Made by a program: the position numbers and the translations under genes | In this document: positions 58,534-64,000 of the stretch, one piece after another | Position numbering within the stretch: position 1 is the stretch's first letter | Layout: the number at the start of each line of letters is the position of its first letter | Assembly: GCF_052425735.1 (NCBI RefSeq) | Contig: NC_135761.1 | Location: 25,916,001-25,980,000, forward strand | Direction of reading: 5' to 3' | Source: Oculina patagonica | Lineage: Eukaryota | DNA: 64,000 nucleotides | Notes under the pieces: model-generated | What the model was told of the DNA's origin: nothing | Databases searched by the model: none | The model's input: only the letters and a program-made list of their open reading frames with translations

Positions 58534-61500
58534 ATGCTGCGAGTGGAATCATTTTTGTTCATTCTGATGTTTCTGGTAAGTAAATAATATTGCAGTGTTG
58601 TATATTGATTATTAAGACTACTTTGGCTATTATATTGGCAATATTGTAGTTTAAAGTATTCAGTTCGGGCTTAAGCAAATAAATGGTGTCAATAGAATAT
58701 TGAGTCAAAGGAACTGAAAAATATGGTCTTCAGAGAAATTTTAATCTATCAGTAGTTTGCTCACTGAATGACTAATTAACATCTTTTTTTAGAGTTAAAT
58801 TTCTTTCCAAATATGATCTGTGGAAACATTTTGGGCTCCCTACCCTATTCTTTCTGGATTCCGCCTAAAAGCCGATAAATAAGTATATATTATTTTCCTC
58901 CGGAAAATCGAACAAATTGCTTCCATGCATGGGTTAATAAAAATTGCTATTACGTAGCTAAGTGAAGTACATTTAAGGTGAAGATTTGATATGGCGTTTT
59001 ATCATACTCTGTGTAAGCTGAATCAATTTACACGAATAAAGTTGACTGAATGAATATGTAAAATAAAGCTTTTTTCCTTTGGTTTTGGTGGGAAGCAATA
59101 ACACAAGGTTTTCTTTCAAAGTTGGTTATGTTTTTGATAACTGTCTCAGCAGCTGTCGTTTCAAGCCTGGGGAAACAATAAAAAGGTTCCAAACGCAGTA
59201 AACGTCATCACTTGGGTTGTTTTGGCTCATAGCTAAACTCATTACAGAGGCCTGAGTTAACAAGTTGTCTTATTATCGTGTAAATCGCACAAATTCGACT
59301 GTAAACGGTACATGCAGGATGTAGTTATTAAAATAACTAAGTCTTGATTTAATTTCAGATTGTCCGCTCGGATGGAGAGCAAGGTAAAACAAAACAAATT
59401 ACTTTGAATGTAGATTACAACCATCAAGTATCAAAAGTAACTTTAAGGTGGCTGGTATCAGCTTCAGCACTTGTATGTTGATGGTTTCGTACTATTAATC
59501 TTTATCAGATGATGCTACATGCTTTTTTTGCATGAGGTGTATGAAATGGTTATTAATTTTATATCTTTAATTCTCGTTTACCGATAATGTGTAACAGGGC
59601 CACATCTCCTTACCCAACTTTCAATTTGGTTCTCGTGGAGTGTGTCTGATTTCTAGTGTGTCGACTTGAAAGGATCAACGTTTAAAAAAGAAACCAACCG
59701 ATGGATTTGTTATTCTTTTTCTATTTTTTCTCTCTTTTACATTGATCATTAAACCTGTTTTATCTTTTGACAAAATTACACGTTTGGTGCGAGATCAGTA
59801 TCGTGAATTCTTTTTGTAAATATCAACAACATTACATTGGAGATCCAGGGGCTGCCTGAATTTAGGAGAAGGGAATTCTTGTTGCAGGGTTTTAGCTGGT
59901 TTGCTTACTACACGGATGTCATTTTTACGAAGTAACCTGGTGAGAGGTTCAGTCAATCCGCGGATATAGGGAAGACATGCGAAACCCAGGGATGTGTCAG
60001 ATGGATCGGCCCATTTGAAGAACATGGACACCAATTCTTCATGGACACCAATTCTCCTGGCAACCACCCTGTCTTCAAACGCATTATGGAACGGGCCAGC
60101 AAACATTGTATGAGAGCAAGAATTTCTATCTGCCACGATCGAATTCGAACCCTGAAAGGAACTTTGGACGAATCCAAACAACAGTTATCAAGTTTGGTCA
60201 TCGAAGATACTTCATCTACGTTGCTTCAATTCTTAAAAATGAGGTCTCAATCTGTTCGCAACAACATTAAAGCGAGACACGAGAACAAGCTTACAAACCT
60301 AAGAATGGAAGCTGAAAATGATCGCCCGAATACCATCAACAAGAAAAACTGGGTGATTAATTTATCACAAAAACCCCTAACCGTGACAGAACGTTCTCTT
60401 CTTGAGAAAGGTCCTAAATTTGCTCCAACCCCACGAACCATCCCGGTTAAAGACATTGTTTCCGAAGTTGAAGCCGCCATCGTCCGCCTTCCCGATGACA
60501 CAAAGGATGCCGTACGAACCACCACCGCCTCTTTGCTCCACAGAGCCCGACTTCCACCACACAGCAACACCTCCAAAGCTGAATTAAGAGCCCTAAAGAA
60601 CCTAAAACAGGACCACGAACGTGTTATTACGAAAGCTGATAAAGGGAACTGTTTTGTTGTCATTGACAGAACTGATTATGACTCCAAAATGGAAACTCTA
60701 CTCAGCGACCGAGACACTTACCAACCAGTCCTCAAGTCACCATTCGCCAAAATAGAAAGGGAACTGAACAGTAGACTCCTCGATCTCAAGCGACAAAACA
60801 AGATAGATGAAACAGTCTATCAGAAACTCCATTCTACCGACGGTTCTCCGCCTGCCATCCGGGTTTCCATTAAACACCATAAACCAGGATTCCCTCTTCG
60901 ACCGATTGTATCGAGCATCGGGTCTGCCCTTTACAACACATCCAAGTTTCTTTCTGATATCCTATCGCCGATTCAGAACCATAATGGCTATTCTGTTCTC
61001 AACTCTTCACAATTTGCCAAAGAAATAGCCAATATGGAAATTTCCGACGACGAAGTGATGGTGTCATTCGACGTGGTGTCGCTATTCACAGCTATTCCTG
61101 TCCACAAAGCGTGTGATTACATTCGCGACAAGCTGAACAATGACAGTACTTTACAATCTAGAACAAGCCTAACCACCGACGACATCATTTCTTTATTGGA
61201 TTTCACTCTCTCCAATAACTATTTTGTCTACAATAACTGTGTATATAAGCAGGTTCACGGTTGTGCTATGGGCAGCCCTGTAAGCCCTATTGTCGCTAAT
61301 CTTTGCATGGAGGTGGTAGAAGAATTAGCCATCAATAGCTCTACAATTGCACCTAGGATTTGGAAAAGATATGTTGACGATAGCTTCGTCATCATTAAGA
61401 AAGACGCTGTCCCCTCCTTTCATGACACTTTAAATTCCATTGACTCAAAAATCTCTTTTACTATTGAAGAAGAAAACAATGGCCAAATCTCTTTCTTGGA

Positions 61501-63761
61501 CACCTTGGTTTCCAGGAAAAATGGTGTTATTGTCATCGACGTTTACCGGAAGCCGACACATACAGATAGATATCTGGATTATTCTTCTCATCATGAAATA
61601 AAACATAAAGTCAGCACGGCCTCGACCCTCCTATTCCGTGCAGCCAACCTACCTGGCACTTGTGAAGGTAAAGCACGCGAGACTAGTCACGTTACGGAAG
61701 CATTGAAAGCCAACGGCTACCCACCAACAGTTATTTCCAACATATTAAAAAAGAAGTCAGCCCCGACAACTCCTCCCCCAGAAGAATTGGTGTCCATGTT
61801 CTTCAAATGGGCCGATCCATCTGACACATCCCTGGGTTTCGCATGTCTTCCCTATATCCGCGGATTGACTGAACCTCTCACCAGGTTACTTCGTAAAAAT
61901 GACATCCGTGTAGTAAGCAAACCAGCTAAAACCCTGCAACAAGAATTCCCTTCTCCTAAATTCAGGCAGCCCCTGGATCTCCAATGTAATGTTGTTTACA
62001 AAATTCCGTGCGCTGACTGCTGTTGGAGTTACGTAGGAGAAACGGGCAGATGTTTTAAAACCCGAAGAAAGGAACATCAACGAAATCTTAAAAATTATAC
62101 GAGAGGCTCGAACGTTGCTAACCATGCTTGGCAAAATAATCACTCAATTGACTTTGATGGCGCTACCGTGATAGACAAAGGCAATTACCGTATTCGAAGA
62201 ACACTAGAATCTTGGCACACTGCCAAAAACTGTCGGCGCAGACAATAACTCCAAACCGTTACCAAGACAATATTCTATCTTATTGTAATTCTTAATTTTT
62301 CTGTTTTTGTCCTTTTTTAGCTTTTTACACTTCTATTGTATTTTAGTTTTTAATTATTTTCACACCCTCCCTTGTATATATTTCCAACCACGCGCTTTAT
62401 CTTTTTTACATTCGTCAAAGGCTATAGTAAAATAGCCGAAAGCTCATATTTTTTCTTAACTTTTTAAACCAGAGAACGCTATTTTACACTTTTAATATGT
62501 CTCATCCTGGTTGCAGTTCAATTTTTAATTGAATAACTTTTATCGATAATATTTGGACTTACCATGTTCATGTGCGTTTCCAGCTCATTGCTTTGCAGTT
62601 CGTAAACCAAGCTTGAGAACTTTCAATCATATGATGACCTATTCCACTTTTAGGACATAAGCATATAAGGGCAGGAACAGGCAAAAAGTGATGAGCGCGA
62701 TTTCATTACAGCACCCCACACTGTAGTGCCCCGTTTTAGATTTGAAGACATACCGTAAAATTCCGGTTATAAGCCCCCCCGCTTATAAGCCCCCCCGGTT
62801 ATAGGCCCATCAACCTGAAAACAAAAAAATACATCCGGTTATAAGCCCCCCCGGATATAAGCCCCCCTCTACCGGATGACAGTACTGAACAGGGCTAAAT
62901 GTTGCTTTTTTGTGCGTTTTTAACTTAAAAACGTATTTCGTTCAACACTCCCGAGGCTCGTTTCGAAACGTTTTTTTCCGTCCGCTTATAAGCCCTCCCG
63001 AATATAAGCCCCTCCGCTTTTAAGCCCACCCAAAAATCCTTACGAAGTTGTATAAGCCCAGGGCTTATAACCGGAATTCTACGGTATTTGAATAACTTGA
63101 TGTTCTCTTTTTACATGATATGAATTCTGTAAAGCCCTTTTTAGGGAAACTCAATAAAGTTATTGTATTGTATTTTGGAGCTTAATTACAAGAAAAAATT
63201 TCGTTAAATAATAAACCCCTAATTCGATGGTTTTGCAGATAATATTTGCGTTTATTTTAATCATTTTCTCTCATATCACGAAGCTCGTAGAATATCCGCG
63301 CGTTTTATCTCTAAAACCATTGAATAAGATGTATGTGAGGTTTCTGAATACCAGTGTTGTGCTAGAAATGTCTGGCACATACGTCTCAGTAAAGTTTCGT
63401 AACGTATGTTAATCACAAATGTTTAGAATGCAAACAACCTCTCGGGATGGAAACTGGTTTCATTCCTGACAAGCAAATTACTGCCTCTTCACAATGGAAT
63501 TCCGATCATGCTCCCTACAATGGAAGACTGCACTTACAAAGACGCGCAGGCAAAGAAGGATGTTGGGCAGCGGGCAGCAATGATGCAAATCAATGGCTAG
63601 CTGTTGACCTGGGACACAGTGATACGACAGTAACAGGTGTAGCCACGCAAGGAAGAAATCATAGTGGCCTTGTTCAGTGGGTAATTACGTACAAGCTTCA
63701 GTACAGTAATGATGGAGTGAACATATTGAACTACAGGGACGAAGGACAGTCTGAGGACAAG
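58534..63761 (+). CDS. Second secreted F5/8C (discoidin) paralog, 3'-partial. Exons 58534-58575, 59359-59383, 63427-63761
   Basis: Same exon phases and near-identical sizes as the upstream paralog: MLRVESFLFILMFL|IVRSDGEQ|ECKQPLGMETG...QITASSQW...WLAVDLG...VATQGR...LQYSNDG...EDK. Confidence 0.85.
59805..62520 (+). mobile_element. Penelope-like retroelement, 5'-truncated, with an inverted partial copy at its 5' end; in intron 2 of the second discoidin gene. Right boundary approximate
   Basis: RT plus GIY-YIG ORF; 59825-60040 is the reverse complement of ~61781-61996. Confidence 0.9.
60041..62248 (+). CDS. Penelope-like reverse transcriptase with GIY-YIG endonuclease; N-truncated, with a likely 1-bp frameshift at ~62225 (native stop ~62288)
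   Basis: KADKGN, PLRPIVS, SFDVVSLFT, GCAMGSPVSP, RYVDD, FLD, YRKPTHTDRYL; VVYKIPCADC..SYVGETGR...R..EH...H. The shifted frame continues TVGADNNSKPLPRQYSILL*. Confidence 0.92.
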   Translation: MDTNSPGNHPVFKRIMERASKHCMRARISICHDRIRTLKGTLDESKQQLSSLVIEDTSSTLLQFLKMRSQSVRNNIKARHENKLTNLRMEAENDRPNTINKKNWVINLSQKPLTVTERSLLEKGPKFAPTPRTIPVKDIVSEVEAAIVRLPDDTKDAVRTTTASLLHRARLPPHSNTSKAELRALKNLKQDHERVITKADKGNCFVVIDRTDYDSKMETLLSDRDTYQPVLKSPFAKIERELNSRLLDLKRQNKIDETVYQKLHSTDGSPPAIRVSIKHHKPGFPLRPIVSSIGSALYNTSKFLSDILSPIQNHNGYSVLNSSQFAKEIANMEISDDEVMVSFDVVSLFTAIPVHKACDYIRDKLNNDSTLQSRTSLTTDDIISLLDFTLSNNYFVYNNCVYKQVHGCAMGSPVSPIVANLCMEVVEELAINSSTIAPRIWKRYVDDSFVIIKKDAVPSFHDTLNSIDSKISFTIEEENNGQISFLDTLVSRKNGVIVIDVYRKPTHTDRYLDYSSHHEIKHKVSTASTLLFRAANLPGTCEGKARETSHVTEALKANGYPPTVISNILKKKSAPTTPPPEELVSMFFKWADPSDTSLGFACLPYIRGLTEPLTRLLRKNDIRVVSKPAKTLQQEFPSPKFRQPLDLQCNVVYKIPCADCCWSYVGETGRCFKTRRKEHQRNLKNYTRGSNVANHAWQNNHSIDFDGATVIDKGNYRIRRTLESWHTAKNCRRRQ
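62753..63084. mobile_element. Tc1/mariner (pogo-like) MITE
   Basis: TIR CCGTA.AATTCCGGTTATAAGCCC / GGGCTTATAACCGGAATTCTACGG; TA flanks; internal TATAAGCCC repeats. Confidence 0.88.
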
Positions 63762-64000
63762 GTGAATTTTGAATTAATGAACCAAAACGTGATTTAAGTT
63801 TTAGCCCAGTCCCCTTCACACGAATGTACCCAGTGAATCATGGTTGTTGTCCCCAAGTTGCATAGATGTAGTTTTGTTACTTAAGAGAGAAAGCATGGTC
63901 GTGAGTTAAGGCAATGGGGTTTTAATTTTTTTTTATCTAATACCATGAATTCGAAGTACACAGCCAATTAGAATACGGGAGAGCCGTTGTATTACGAATT

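Noticed and set aside
59795-60181. Independent minus-strand 128-aa gene
   Set aside because: It is the inverted duplicate of Penelope coding sequence fused to antisense sequence.
62753-63084. CRISPR-like spaced repeats (TATAAGCCC units; similar cases at 9010-9140 and 53940-54060)
   Set aside because: Short irregular subterminal repeats enclosed by TIRs and TA flanks in a eukaryotic intron; no constant spacer length and no cas genes.

Overview
AT-rich, intron-containing animal genomic DNA. The repeat content and gene families suggest an anthozoan, probably a stony coral (inference). Most ORFs in the track are spurious; the real genes were rebuilt by hand from GT-AG exons. Host genes: the 3' part of an nrf-6/O-acyltransferase-like gene (+, 4660-16010); two tandem intronless genes with a helical N-terminal domain plus NHL repeats (one disrupted, one intact); DUS2 (-, 17 coding exons); and two tandem secreted F5/8C (discoidin) genes. 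The window is dense in transposons: Kolobok, P, hAT, PIF/Harbinger, Tc1/mariner, IS3EU-like, a LINE 3' end, a Penelope-like element, a 2A-OTU fragment (possibly Helentron), SINEs and palindromic GCA-hairpin repeats. The best candidate for an undescribed system is at 1-4250. It is a Kolobok-type DNA transposon with an open, spliced transposase facing a KolX-like gene, sitting in an nrf-6 intron. Between the two convergent genes is a structurally complete twister self-cleaving ribozyme (2090-2199), just downstream of a long genome-encoded A-rich tract. All family assignments come from motif recognition, not database searches.
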